IMG/VR virus record: IMGVR_UViG_3300021399_000124
Source: an uncultured virus (IMG/VR IMGVR_UViG_3300021399_000124)
Lineage: Duplodnaviria; Heunggongvirae; Uroviricota; Caudoviricetes
DNA: 64,000 nucleotides
Strand: one strand, 5' to 3'
Position 1 is the first letter of the stretch. The number at the start of each line of letters is the position of its first letter. The notes beneath the pieces are model-generated. The model had not been told where the DNA came from and did not search any database. It saw nothing but the letters and a program-made list of their open reading frames with translations. The translations under genes and the position numbers were made by a program. This document shows positions 1-9,305 of this stretch, piece by piece.

Positions 1-1091
1 CGTGACGACATAAATAGTACGATTGCCTTATTAACAAAACGATTAACAGGGTATGCAAGAGTAGTTCTTTCATGATATGCATTTGATGCCCGCATATTAA
101 TAGGAATAAACCCTTTTGTATATCCTTTGCCCTTTAAAATATTCTGGCTGGATTTGAACGTAGTCCAGATAATATCGTCAGCCGGAGCGTTGATAATATT
201 TCGGAAATAATTTGTGATATTATTTTTCAGCTTTTGCATTGCAGCATTCCCGGCTTTTGCATTAGTTGTATGCCATGTGTAAGAAAGTGCGTATTTGGGA
301 TCTCCGATATTATTTAGCTTATCATTGTGTAGAATATTAATCAGTGATTGATAGTCATGTTTAGATTCCGCCGAAGGGGAATCTGTAAACTGATATGTTC
401 CTAAGCTATCGCCGGTCACACCAATCTTACTATAATTAACACCATAATATCTGTAATAGTAACTTTGCATCTGAGCATCAAACATATAAGTAAGGATGTA
501 AACTTTTTTAAATGCCAAGAAAGCACGGATAGGAAACATCCACATAAGAAGTTTATTATCTCCGTTTTCTGACTTATAGCAAACCAGACTTTCCAATTCA
601 CACAGCCGTTTCTCCTGGTCGAATTTACCATGATAATCCTGGTCAGTCCACTTAACAATACCGGACTCGGCATCAATGTCTACAAAATTATTCAACATTG
701 TGTTGAGATCTTTAGAAGTAATGTCATCGTATTCCGACACAACATCGGCGACCTCATCCATTATCAGTACATAATTACCGGCGAGGAGAAGATCAATTAC
801 TTCATTATCAAATAGTTTAAATAAAGCGTGGGTTGATACAATGTTATATTCATTGTTAAGTAGTACTTTCATATTCTCAAGCTTTGCACCACGGGCGCTG
901 GGCTGTTTAAATTTTCGATTAGGGCAGCTCTTAATGATTCTTTCAACCTCGCTCAGGTAGGGAGTGATATAAAGAAATCTTGTATCCTCGTCTGCTGAAT
1001 TCATGTAGTTGATCGCTGCGCTGGTCTTGCCAGTTCCCATCATGGAGTCTACAACAAGAATCTCTGGCATCTCGATGTTTGTCATTTCCAT
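1..1091 (-). CDS. SF2/DEAD-like helicase-domain protein (SPbeta YonV-like), runs off the left window edge
   Basis: Manual translation MEMTNIEMPEILVVDSMMGTGKTSAAINYM...LIMDEV...; Walker A (GTGKT) and Walker B-like (IMDE); AAGGAG RBS upstream; absent from the ORF track because no stop lies in the window. Confidence 0.7.
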   Translation of the reverse strand, partial: MEMTNIEMPEILVVDSMMGTGKTSAAINYMNSADEDTRFLYITPYLSEVERIIKSCPNRKFKQPSARGAKLENMKVLLNNEYNIVSTHALFKLFDNEVIDLLLAGNYVLIMDEVADVVSEYDDITSKDLNTMLNNFVDIDAESGIVKWTDQDYHGKFDQEKRLCELESLVCYKSENGDNKLLMWMFPIRAFLAFKKVYILTYMFDAQMQSYYYRYYGVNYSKIGVTGDSLGTYQFTDSPSAESKHDYQSLINILHNDKLNNIGDPKYALSYTWHTTNAKAGNAAMQKLKNNITNYFRNIINAPADDIIWTTFKSSQNILKGKGYTKGFIPINMRASNAYHERTTLAYPVNRFVNKAIVLFMSS

Positions 1092-1099
1092 AAGCAAGT

Positions 1100-3150
1100 C
1101 TCCTTTATAAAAAAATGTAGATTGTAAAACCTAAAAATGTAGAATGTAGATAACGGCTGCTCGAATCTTTATGTTGTCTACAATCCTAGTCTTTAAAGTA
1201 TCACTTTTTTTTTGAAAAAAGTAATTTTTAGTTTTGCTGTTTTATTGCAGTCTTTTGACTAATTTAGGTTTTCTGACTGGTTTAATGAAATACCACAAAA
1301 GTGATAAAATTGAAAAAAGAATACTGTAATTTCAGGGGTTTTTGAATGGTCTCCCTTAAAGGAAGAATATATAAAAAGTGATAAAAATATTTTAGGTTAT
1401 ATGGATTGTATCATAGATGAAATTTTAAGTCAAATAATTTAATATCTTATTAATAAAAATTGTTATACATATATAATGAAAAAATGCTCGTAACGAAGTG
1501 AGAGTATTTTTTTAGCTGGGGTGAGATTATCTGATTAGAATGAGTAACTATAATACTGGGGATGCTAAATCCCCAGAAGACCAACTAAAATAGAACGAGC
1601 ATTTTTTTTTAGAAAATTGGAGTTTATCATTCTAATAAAATTACGAAGAAGCGAAGCTTCGAGATAATTTTGAATAGGTTTCTGGAGACTAAGTAGAATG
1701 ATAATTTTAGTTATAGGGAAATCTGTTCCCTATATGTGTATTTGGTTAAGATAAGATTATTGAATATCTAAGTCTTTGTATTAAAAATTGAAGTTTAACA
1801 TACTAATTAGAATAAGTAATTTCAATTCGCTAAAGCTCTTGAAATTCCTAAAATCAACTCTCAGATAAATCTTCGAGATGATTTTCATTATAGAAGCATA
1901 AGATATTGGTAATGATCTGATTATTTCAAAACATATAACTTCGAGCTGCCGAGTAAATTTTTAGGAAAAATAGAGGATTTAGGATGCTTGAAACTTGTTT
2001 GTAACATATTACTCATATAAGTTTTCTGTTAATTACTTTACATAGAAGTTCACACTGTAGGTTTTGAGTTGCGCCACAGATTCAGGTAGTGGCTTCTCTT
2101 TAGGTGGTGGCTGTGGCAAATCTTCACTTCGCTCAGATTATCATGAGGATGTAAAGATAAAGGATCTCGCAGATTGTAGATTCCAGGTCGAGGAGTGGAG
2201 ATGGTTGTTTAGTTTAGATGACAACCGTCAGAGTCGGCAGCTTAGTGATACCTTCGGGTATTAACAGAGAATGTGAAGGAGTGGGCTTGGCGGGAGTGGT
2301 CTCCGGCGGAGTCGGTATACATACCCCTTCCTTTCTTGTTAATTCCTGGAAGGGTGGAGTGTGGACTTATGCTGCGTGGACTTGGCTAGGCTGGTATCTT
2401 GTGGTGTTGAATAGCTAGGATGGTTTCTGGGGCGAGGTCGAGAATTGGAGTGGATTTGGATTATCGGCAGAGATTGTTGTTATACCAACCACTGTCGACT
2501 ATAGTATACATTTTAAGGCAAGATATTTATTTATGGTTTATTTTGATCCGGTTTTTATATTAAAAGCCGGATTTTTTCTTTTAATAGGATTTGAGATTTG
2601 CAAGGCTACATTTTTATAGGAGATGATGCAGAGTTTTCGATTGGTAATTACCTGGTGATGCGAGTGACGATTGATTGCGATAATGATGGTTTTAACAAAC
2701 CCCGGGGGTGGTTCGGATTTGATGGTGAGTTTCATCTGGAGATGTTAGATGGCTCTGGCATCTTGGCTACATATAAGGTCTTATTTTTGAGGTGATTTCA
2801 AAACTGTTTCATTTTAAAAGATTTTTAAATAAAATCAGTTTGTTTTGTGAAGTTTTTGGCGAAAAATGGAATAAAACTTGGAATTTTTGTGGTGTTTTTT
2901 GGAGTGATTTTTCGGAGTTTTGTTGGGTGGAAGGGGGGGGTTGAATTTGAGGTGGTGTGTGGATGAATCGGCTGTGGGGAATATCCAAAAAACCCCGATA
3001 AATCGGGGTTTTAAGTGGGTCCGGGTCGATGATCCTCCGCCCCATCCAATTGTCGGACAAATCATCATTTTTCCGAAAAGACAAAAAAATTTTTTTGTGA
3101 TAAGGTGTGGATGTCAGCGATGACGTTAAACATCTTCACTCTATATCAAT
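1100..3150. other. ~2 kb non-coding region; candidate replication origin and/or packaging-terminus region between divergent transcription units
   Basis: No credible ORFs; AT-rich left part with short repeats and hairpins; G-rich skew on + strand in the right part; palindrome AAAACCCCGATAAATCGGGGTTTT at ~2989-3012. Confidence 0.5.
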
Positions 3151-3191
3151 TTCATAAGGTAGCGACCAATCGCTAGAAAGGAGCCTATATC

Positions 3192-3638
3192 ATGGCAAAC
3201 ATTACAATCAACGGATTCGCATTTGAGGTTAACGACGCATTCGCACTTACGCTCATGCAGATGTGTATGCAGGCAGGCGCACAGGCAAGCGTAAGCGCAC
3301 CCACGCCCACACCCACCCCCGCACCTACACCCGTAGTGAGCGCACCCACCCCCACGTACAAGGCATGTACTCGTACGGATGGCGAGTACACGTTCGCACT
3401 TAAGGACGTGAACGGCGGTGTCACTCCCGTAGGGAGTGACGGCAAGTTCATCCACTACTCGGCGATTCGCAAGGCGTGCAACGCACACATCAAGAGCGCG
3501 GGGTACACGTGGGACGCAGAGGCGAAGGCGTACAAGGGCGGACGTCGTGAGGACGTAGTCCTCACGGTCACACAGGAAGAGGTCAACCGCATGGCAGACC
3601 GCATCGACGCTCGCAACGCTCGCAAGTATGGCGCATGA
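3192..3638 (+). CDS. Hypothetical early protein with Pro/Thr-rich linker
   Basis: AGAAAGGAG RBS; 148 aa ORF; visibly more GC-rich than the rest of the window. Confidence 0.8.
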   Translation: MANITINGFAFEVNDAFALTLMQMCMQAGAQASVSAPTPTPTPAPTPVVSAPTPTYKACTRTDGEYTFALKDVNGGVTPVGSDGKFIHYSAIRKACNAHIKSAGYTWDAEAKAYKGGRREDVVLTVTQEEVNRMADRIDARNARKYGA

Positions 3639-3656
3639 CCCACGGGTCATGTGTCT

Positions 3657-3686
3657 CACCCCTCCTACGGGAGGGGTGCTTTTTTA
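3657..3686 (+). terminator. Rho-independent terminator
   Basis: CACCCCTCC-TACG-GGAGGGGTG hairpin followed by a T-tract. Confidence 0.8.
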
Positions 3687-3687
3687 T

Positions 3688-4795
3688 GCCTTGTGCGTCA
3701 GGCGCACGTATAGGTTCAAGTCCTATACAAGGCTTTAACCTCGCATGTAAAATGCGGGGCTAGATACGGACTGACTGCCCGTTTAGTAGTCGGTTTATGT
3801 GCGTTTGCCTTAAAAGTCGCACGGTAGGATTAACCGCCAGTATTCAAGCGGTTATACATATACGGACTGACCGCCCGTAGCGGTCTAAATAATGCGTGCT
3901 AAAGGGCACGACAAAGTAGTACACCTACGCTGAGGGTCTCGGCGATGGACGTATTCGGGCAGTCAGAGTACCAACGCCCTTGCATTGCAAGTAACACGTT
4001 AGTTACCGCCTTGGCGATGCTAATAAGCCTTGCAAAGCTAGGAAACGAGCGAATAAAGGTCAGCGAAAGAGCGGAAGCTATAACGAGAGTACGAGCGATG
4101 GAGCGCACGTACAAGTGGAAACTCTTGAGTAAAGCGTAGGGAATGCAGGCTATGGAGTCAAGTCTGATGCACGGGTGGAGCGTAGCCTCACCCGATGAAC
4201 GAATCAGAGATGCGCCAAGGCGTACAGTACGAGGAGAGAAGGGCAATTACCTGCCACCAAAACACACCAAGAGCTGACTGGGCAAGGCGAGGTGTCATAG
4301 TGACCCAACACGATTGAAAGTGGGAGTAGCGAAGATGATAAGCGGGCACAATCCCCCGTCGCGAACACAAAAAGCTGACCCTACAGGGCGGTGTCCTCGT
4401 GGAAGTCGAGGCTATAAATGCTGTAGCGAGTCGTGAAAGTCAGTTATAGGCTTTATCCGATGGTTAAATCAATATATGAGCGATTGAAAGGAACGTTCAT
4501 GAATAGTAGATTATCGGGTATTGCCTATGGGCAGATGCTCGATGAGACTTCTGGAAAAGCGCAGTACATTAAGGCATCCGAAGGAGGTATGTTACATGAT
4601 GCCAAAGCGTGAAGTAAGGCTTTCAAGTGCAAACAACAGTAGGGATTACGGTTAGTCAGAGTGACCGTAACTATACGGCTTAAGTCCACAACCCTTGCCT
4701 CACTAGCCCACTAGTGAAAAGGCTTTATAAGCGGGCTAAGGGTTTCTCGGTGAGTGCCGAGTTATATATCACGGTTGCCAACTACCGAGTGTTGG
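3688..4795 (+). ncRNA. Candidate large structured non-coding RNA region
   Basis: No RBS-led ORF; many local and long-range helices (CGCCTTGGCG/CGCCAAGGCG, CCTACGC/GCGTAGG, CTACAG/CTGTAG, CGGGTG/CACCCG); T-arm-like GGTTCAAGTCC. Confidence 0.55.
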
Positions 4796-4808
4796 AGAAG
4801 GAGAAAAC

Positions 4809-5087
4809 ATGTTGACGTATGAGTATTTTGACATCGAACCGAATGAAGATGGTATTTATGAAAATTTTGAAATCATCATTGGTACGGCTGAAGAAATCCG
4901 TAAAGTCTATAACCAAATGGTTGATAATTGCGACAATACCAACCTCTATCCGCTCTATGCAGATAAACCACTTTTTGCTAACAGAGAGTATGGACTCTCT
5001 GTTGACTATAACGAAAGATGGTTTCATGTAATATCGGCAGATGTTGCCAAGGAGATTATACAAGAATATGGCATGAATAGGAGGTGA
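4809..5087 (+). CDS. Hypothetical early protein
   Basis: GAAGGAG RBS, 92 aa ORF. Confidence 0.75.
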   Translation: MLTYEYFDIEPNEDGIYENFEIIIGTAEEIRKVYNQMVDNCDNTNLYPLYADKPLFANREYGLSVDYNERWFHVISADVAKEIIQEYGMNRR

Positions 5088-5252
5088 CAGATAATGTTGA
5101 CAATCGTTATCACGGTTGTACTTGGCTACGTCGGTCTGACAGCTATGGATGTAGTTATTGAGAAGGCGCAGTTATGATGACTGCGCTCTGGTATTTAGTA
5201 GTGATAGCTATGGTAGCACCGTTAATTATAGTACTCATTGAGGAGGAGCATC

Positions 5253-5519
5253 ATGTACGAACTGGAGGTTTATTTTAAGCAGCCAGGAGTGTATATTACT
5301 ATGGAGCAGTGCCATGAATGCGATGCGCTCTGCTCTGGAATGATTGAGCAGGTTCTTGAGGATATTGTGTTATGGCACAGTATCAAGAACATGCAGGATG
5401 TTGATACTGCTTATCGGTGGCTTCGGTCACACTTTAAGCAGGAGATGATCCTGTTATATCACAGCCATATAACTGGGAGTGTAGATACTCCCGAATTTCT
5501 GAAGAAGATGGAGGGATGA
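5253..5519 (+). CDS. Hypothetical early protein
   Basis: GAGGAGGAG RBS before ATG 5253. Confidence 0.7.
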   Translation: MYELEVYFKQPGVYITMEQCHECDALCSGMIEQVLEDIVLWHSIKNMQDVDTAYRWLRSHFKQEMILLYHSHITGSVDTPEFLKKMEG

Positions 5520-5755
5520 ACGTGTATAAAACCGGCATTACATTTATGATTGACGGACTAAGCGGTGAGCTTATCAAACGCTTAGATCATCACGTTTGGC
5601 GTATACTCCGCCGATACGATAACGGCGAACTTGAGTACGCCGACGAGGTCGACCAAATGGTGGTAGATGCCACCGAAGACGACGAGCTTATGTACATAGA
5701 CAATATGCTCGGACAGATTGAAGATGATACCTGCCGAGTGTACGCACTTGCATAA
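5516..5755 (+). CDS. Hypothetical early protein
   Basis: ATGA overlap with upstream ORF, GGAGG RBS. Confidence 0.7.
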   Translation: MNVYKTGITFMIDGLSGELIKRLDHHVWRILRRYDNGELEYADEVDQMVVDATEDDELMYIDNMLGQIEDDTCRVYALA

Positions 5756-5795
5756 CATAGTAAAACGTGATTAAATAAATTGGAGGAAAATACAT

Positions 5796-6149
5796 ATGAA
5801 GAACATGAAAATTAACGTAGTAGAGAATAACACAGTAGCAAGAGTCAATGGTAATCCCACTAGGGAAACAGTTGAAAAAATCCGTAAAATATATGGACTG
5901 TCTCAGAACGGAAACCCGAATAAGACAGACCGCATCAACGGAAACGACGGGGCGATATATAAAATCCGCCCGATGGACGACTTGGACGACCGCATTTATG
6001 TGAGATGGGACGGTGATTGCAAGGTTGTTGATACTTGCTATGCCGTTTTCAGAAGAGAAAACGGTTTTTGGAAACAGGTTACACGTTGGTATGGCTACTT
6101 CGGAGTAGCACAGAGACATATGTTGAGACTTGCGGGTTACATTCAGTAA
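5796..6149 (+). CDS. Hypothetical early protein
   Basis: GGAGG RBS, 117 aa. Confidence 0.75.
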   Translation: MKNMKINVVENNTVARVNGNPTRETVEKIRKIYGLSQNGNPNKTDRINGNDGAIYKIRPMDDLDDRIYVRWDGDCKVVDTCYAVFRRENGFWKQVTRWYGYFGVAQRHMLRLAGYIQ

Positions 6150-6181
6150 CCCGTTAATCACCAAGAGAAAGGAGTGGTGAT

Positions 6182-6415
6182 ATGCGAGTATATCACAACA
6201 GAAAACAGGTTAGAAAACTCATCGAAAAGGCGAAGCGGAGCGGTTATGAGCGGATATTCATTCAGCTTAACCGTACAATCCCGGAGTTGAGGCTCTATAA
6301 GGGGAATATCATAGAGGCTGACGAATACAACAAAGGGAATCAAAGCTATACAATTTATACGGGATACGGAAACGTGAAAATATGGAAGTCTAGCTGTAAA
6401 CAGATAAACCTGTAA
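6182..6415 (+). CDS. Hypothetical early protein
   Basis: AGAAAGGAG RBS. Confidence 0.7.
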   Translation: MRVYHNRKQVRKLIEKAKRSGYERIFIQLNRTIPELRLYKGNIIEADEYNKGNQSYTIYTGYGNVKIWKSSCKQINL

Positions 6416-6470
6416 CGGAAATGAATATTATACACCTACACGGCAACGGAAACGAGAAAGGAGATAATAC

Positions 6471-6692
6471 ATGAATTGGCTCGATATGTGGTTTTTAGTA
6501 TTAAGTGAAGGCGGAGCAAGGAAACTTGTTAGCGGACATCATGTTGGATGGTGTCTCACCAATATGTTCAAACCGCAGATTTTTGATGTGACAGATGTTA
6601 ATAAAATCGAGAGGCTTGAAGTAAGAGAAACGAGTAAAGGATTTGCTGTACATCGCTCAAGTGGTGAATTTTTGTTTGAAGTATGGTGGTAA
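6471..6692 (+). CDS. Hypothetical early protein
   Basis: AGAAAGGAG RBS. Confidence 0.7.
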   Translation: MNWLDMWFLVLSEGGARKLVSGHHVGWCLTNMFKPQIFDVTDVNKIERLEVRETSKGFAVHRSSGEFLFEVWW

Positions 6693-6709
6693 TAGAAAGG
6701 AGAAATATC

Positions 6710-6946
6710 ATGAAAGAGATGAAGAGATTAGTGGAAACCAAGAGAAACGGGAAATGGGAAGTTTCCTTCACAGAAACCGATAAAAACAAGATTTGGGAAA
6801 GTCTTGCAAAGGACTTAATCTCCAAAAAAATCCATAAGGCAACTTGGATTAAGAGCATCCGTGATAATTCCAACTATGACGGTACAAGGGATATCACGGT
6901 TACATACGATAACAATGTTAGGTCTATTTATACAGTCGAATATTGA
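6710..6946 (+). CDS. Hypothetical early protein
   Basis: AGAAAGGAG RBS before ATG 6710. Confidence 0.7.
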   Translation: MKEMKRLVETKRNGKWEVSFTETDKNKIWESLAKDLISKKIHKATWIKSIRDNSNYDGTRDITVTYDNNVRSIYTVEY

Positions 6947-6959
6947 AGGGGAGAGTTTT

Positions 6960-7130
6960 ATGAGCAAAACAGATTACATAGCTGTTGCAGAGTATTTGGC
7001 AACGCAAAAAGCACCAATGAGTGAGTTTAATGATTTATTCGAGAGCCTTGCATATGACGAATCGATTAACGACGATGAGTACTGTGAGATTTATGACAAA
7101 ATGATGCAAATATTTAAGGCAAGTTTCTAA
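6960..7130 (+). CDS. Hypothetical early protein
   Basis: AAGGGGAG RBS before ATG 6960. Confidence 0.65.
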   Translation: MSKTDYIAVAEYLATQKAPMSEFNDLFESLAYDESINDDEYCEIYDKMMQIFKASF

Positions 7131-7159
7131 GAGAAACGAATGCGAAAGGAGATTAAATT

Positions 7160-7783
7160 ATGATGACAAACAATGATATTAAGAGAATGTTAGAGTTTAT
7201 GGACAACTATACCGTAGCTAAAGAGAATCTTGTTATGAAGATTGTTAACAAGGTAAATATAATCCCAGTGGAATACAGTGTACCACTGGAAGACCTCTCT
7301 ATTGTATTCAGACTTAAGCTCGATGAGGGTAAGCTCATCAAGGTAAACAAAGCGATTGTTAACTCATGGAAAGTTGATGCAAAAACGCTAATTAACGATG
7401 CATTAGTGGCAACGAAAAAGAACGACCCGTTAATGCTTCAGACTCTGCCAGGCGTACTCGGCAGTATGTTTTGGGTATATGTAGAGGAAAACAGTAACGT
7501 GTATGTCGTCACAACGGAAAGCATGGTCGGCGGTGCTGTCGCACTGTTTTATCCCGAAACCATTATTAAGCTAATGACCAAGTTAAATACAAACAAGTTA
7601 CTGATAATTCCAAGCAGTATCCACGAGTTTCTTGTGATGCCGTTTGGCGATATTGATACAGATTATATTAATAACACAATCAAAGAGGTAAATGAAACGC
7701 AGGTTCTTCCAGAAGAGAGACTTGCGGATCATGCATATGTTTATGGCTTCGACGAGGGCAAACCGTTCTTTGTATCACTGTAA
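7160..7783 (+). CDS. DUF5688-like protein
   Basis: Motifs GAVALFYP, IIPSSIHEFLV, IKEVNETQVLPEERLADHAYVY. Confidence 0.7.
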   Translation: MMTNNDIKRMLEFMDNYTVAKENLVMKIVNKVNIIPVEYSVPLEDLSIVFRLKLDEGKLIKVNKAIVNSWKVDAKTLINDALVATKKNDPLMLQTLPGVLGSMFWVYVEENSNVYVVTTESMVGGAVALFYPETIIKLMTKLNTNKLLIIPSSIHEFLVMPFGDIDTDYINNTIKEVNETQVLPEERLADHAYVYGFDEGKPFFVSL

Positions 7784-7846
7784 AGTTCCCCGACGAGTCG
7801 CTGAAAATTGCGACGAAACGTAGGCAGAAATGCCTACGTCGGAACT
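7784..7846 (+). ncRNA. Type I hammerhead ribozyme (U4C core variant)
   Basis: Stem I AGTTCC/GGAACT; core CCGACGA; stem II GTCGC/GCGAC; GAAA; stem III CGTAGGCA/TGCCTACG; GTC cleavage triplet ending at 7840. Confidence 0.85.
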
Positions 7847-7882
7847 GTAAACCAAAACGCCAAAAGAAAAGGAGAATGTAAC

Positions 7883-8242
7883 ATGAAAAACACAAAGAGA
7901 AACGAGAAGGTAGCAACGGAAATCAGAAACTGGATGCTCGATAACGAGATTTGGGTTGATACCCGAATCTACTTTAACGGCAAGGCATACGGCACGAGTG
8001 ATGGAAATAATTTCTATTACAACGACAGAAACCACCTTGTTGTGTTAGAAAACATGAATCCGCTTGATTATTTCGAGTATGTTAATCCGGAAACCATTAG
8101 TATGAGCTTTGAGGGACCGTTGTATGACATCTTGAATTACAGTGGAGGTCGTCTCGAAAGGGAATTTAGTAAAATCCTTGAGAAATACGGGCTTTACTAT
8201 GAACTCGGCAATGCATGGAACTTAACTTGTGGTGAGCTGTAA
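7883..8242 (+). CDS. Hypothetical phage protein
   Basis: AAAGGAG RBS before ATG 7883; the longer track start overlaps the ribozyme. Confidence 0.75.
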   Translation: MKNTKRNEKVATEIRNWMLDNEIWVDTRIYFNGKAYGTSDGNNFYYNDRNHLVVLENMNPLDYFEYVNPETISMSFEGPLYDILNYSGGRLEREFSKILEKYGLYYELGNAWNLTCGEL

Positions 8243-8259
8243 GAGAAAGGAGATTTACC

Positions 8260-8568
8260 ATGGGAAACGGATATGTTGTTATTATGAATCACACGTTTGA
8301 CCCCGAAACGAAGGTAACTATTTTTGGGAGTCGTCCGCAAGCCGAGGCATATCTGCACTGGGCTTGGGAAGACTATTACAACACGGAAATCGCCGAGTGT
8401 CCGAACGGTATAGTTGAAAAGGAGACATACCACGAAGATGGTTATGCGGTAATCACATATACCGATGGAACAATGACGGAGTTTCGAGTGCTTGAGGGAG
8501 AAGAAATTCCAGAGGATTATAACAAGAACTGGAAACGCTATATCAATAAATACTATGAAGGGAGATAA
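8260..8568 (+). CDS. Hypothetical phage protein
   Basis: AGAAAGGAG RBS. Confidence 0.75.
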   Translation: MGNGYVVIMNHTFDPETKVTIFGSRPQAEAYLHWAWEDYYNTEIAECPNGIVEKETYHEDGYAVITYTDGTMTEFRVLEGEEIPEDYNKNWKRYINKYYEGR

Positions 8569-8571
8569 ATC

Positions 8572-8775
8572 ATGGAAAGAGAAATCAAAATCAGAGTAAT
8601 TGCAGCGATTATTTATGGAGTAATTGCAGGAGTACTTGCCATTATAGTTGCAGGATGCGTAGACGGCACGGCGACAGTTGGATTAACAAGTAAAGTGGCA
8701 CTTGCAGGAGTCTTGTTCGGAATTCTTGCAATAATGGAAATCGTAAAAGCCAAGAAATTAGCAGATGGAATGTAA
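8572..8775 (+). CDS. Small membrane protein (2 predicted TM helices)
   Basis: Two hydrophobic stretches; RBS. Confidence 0.7.
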   Translation: MEREIKIRVIAAIIYGVIAGVLAIIVAGCVDGTATVGLTSKVALAGVLFGILAIMEIVKAKKLADGM

Positions 8776-8788
8776 AGGAGAAATAAAT

Positions 8789-9103
8789 ATGACATACACA
8801 GTTAAAACATGGTTTGGAGAAGAGAAAGTAACACCGATTGTAACACAGTACGAAAACAACAAGACACTGGCAGTGCAGTTAATGTGTGATGACGGGCCTT
8901 TTGCGACGCTGACAGTAAATTTGCCAGAAAGTAAGAAATATTGCAACGGAAACCGTGCTTTTGTAGATGTTAATAATTGCCCTTGGGCAGAACAGTTCTT
9001 AGAAGAGAACGGAATTGCAAAACCGCTTGAGAGATATGGTTTTAGCGGTTTTTGCATATATCCGCTTTATGAATTCGATTTGGAGAAAATAAAAGGAGAA
9101 TAA
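8789..9103 (+). CDS. DUF4313-like protein
   Basis: Motifs PFATLTVNL, AFVDVNN, SGFCIYPLYEF. Confidence 0.7.
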   Translation: MTYTVKTWFGEEKVTPIVTQYENNKTLAVQLMCDDGPFATLTVNLPESKKYCNGNRAFVDVNNCPWAEQFLEENGIAKPLERYGFSGFCIYPLYEFDLEKIKGE

Positions 9104-9105
9104 AT

Positions 9106-9303
9106 ATGGGATATGAAGTTATAAGTTACATAGATAAAAATCCTGTAGTTGTACAGACATATAAGAGAGAGGGGTGGGCTTATAAAGCATTCGAGAAAAG
9201 AGAAGCAAGCGGAGTATACGACTGTGTAGAGTTTCGGATCATTAATGATGACGGTACGAAAGAACTCATGTTTTGGAGTGAGCCGAAGAGAAAGGAGAAT
9301 TAA
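9106..9303 (+). CDS. Hypothetical protein
   Basis: AAAGGAG RBS. Confidence 0.7.
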   Translation: MGYEVISYIDKNPVVVQTYKREGWAYKAFEKREASGVYDCVEFRIINDDGTKELMFWSEPKRKEN

Positions 9304-9305
9304 AC

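Noticed and set aside
2064..3123. Short ORFs in the ORF track within the non-coding region
   Set aside because: They lack RBSs, have low-complexity translations and overlap on both strands; the same applies to most antisense ORFs shadowing real genes.
3790..4795. Group I/II intron or retron
   Set aside because: No recognisable domain V or P7 core, no interrupted gene and no reverse transcriptase in the window.
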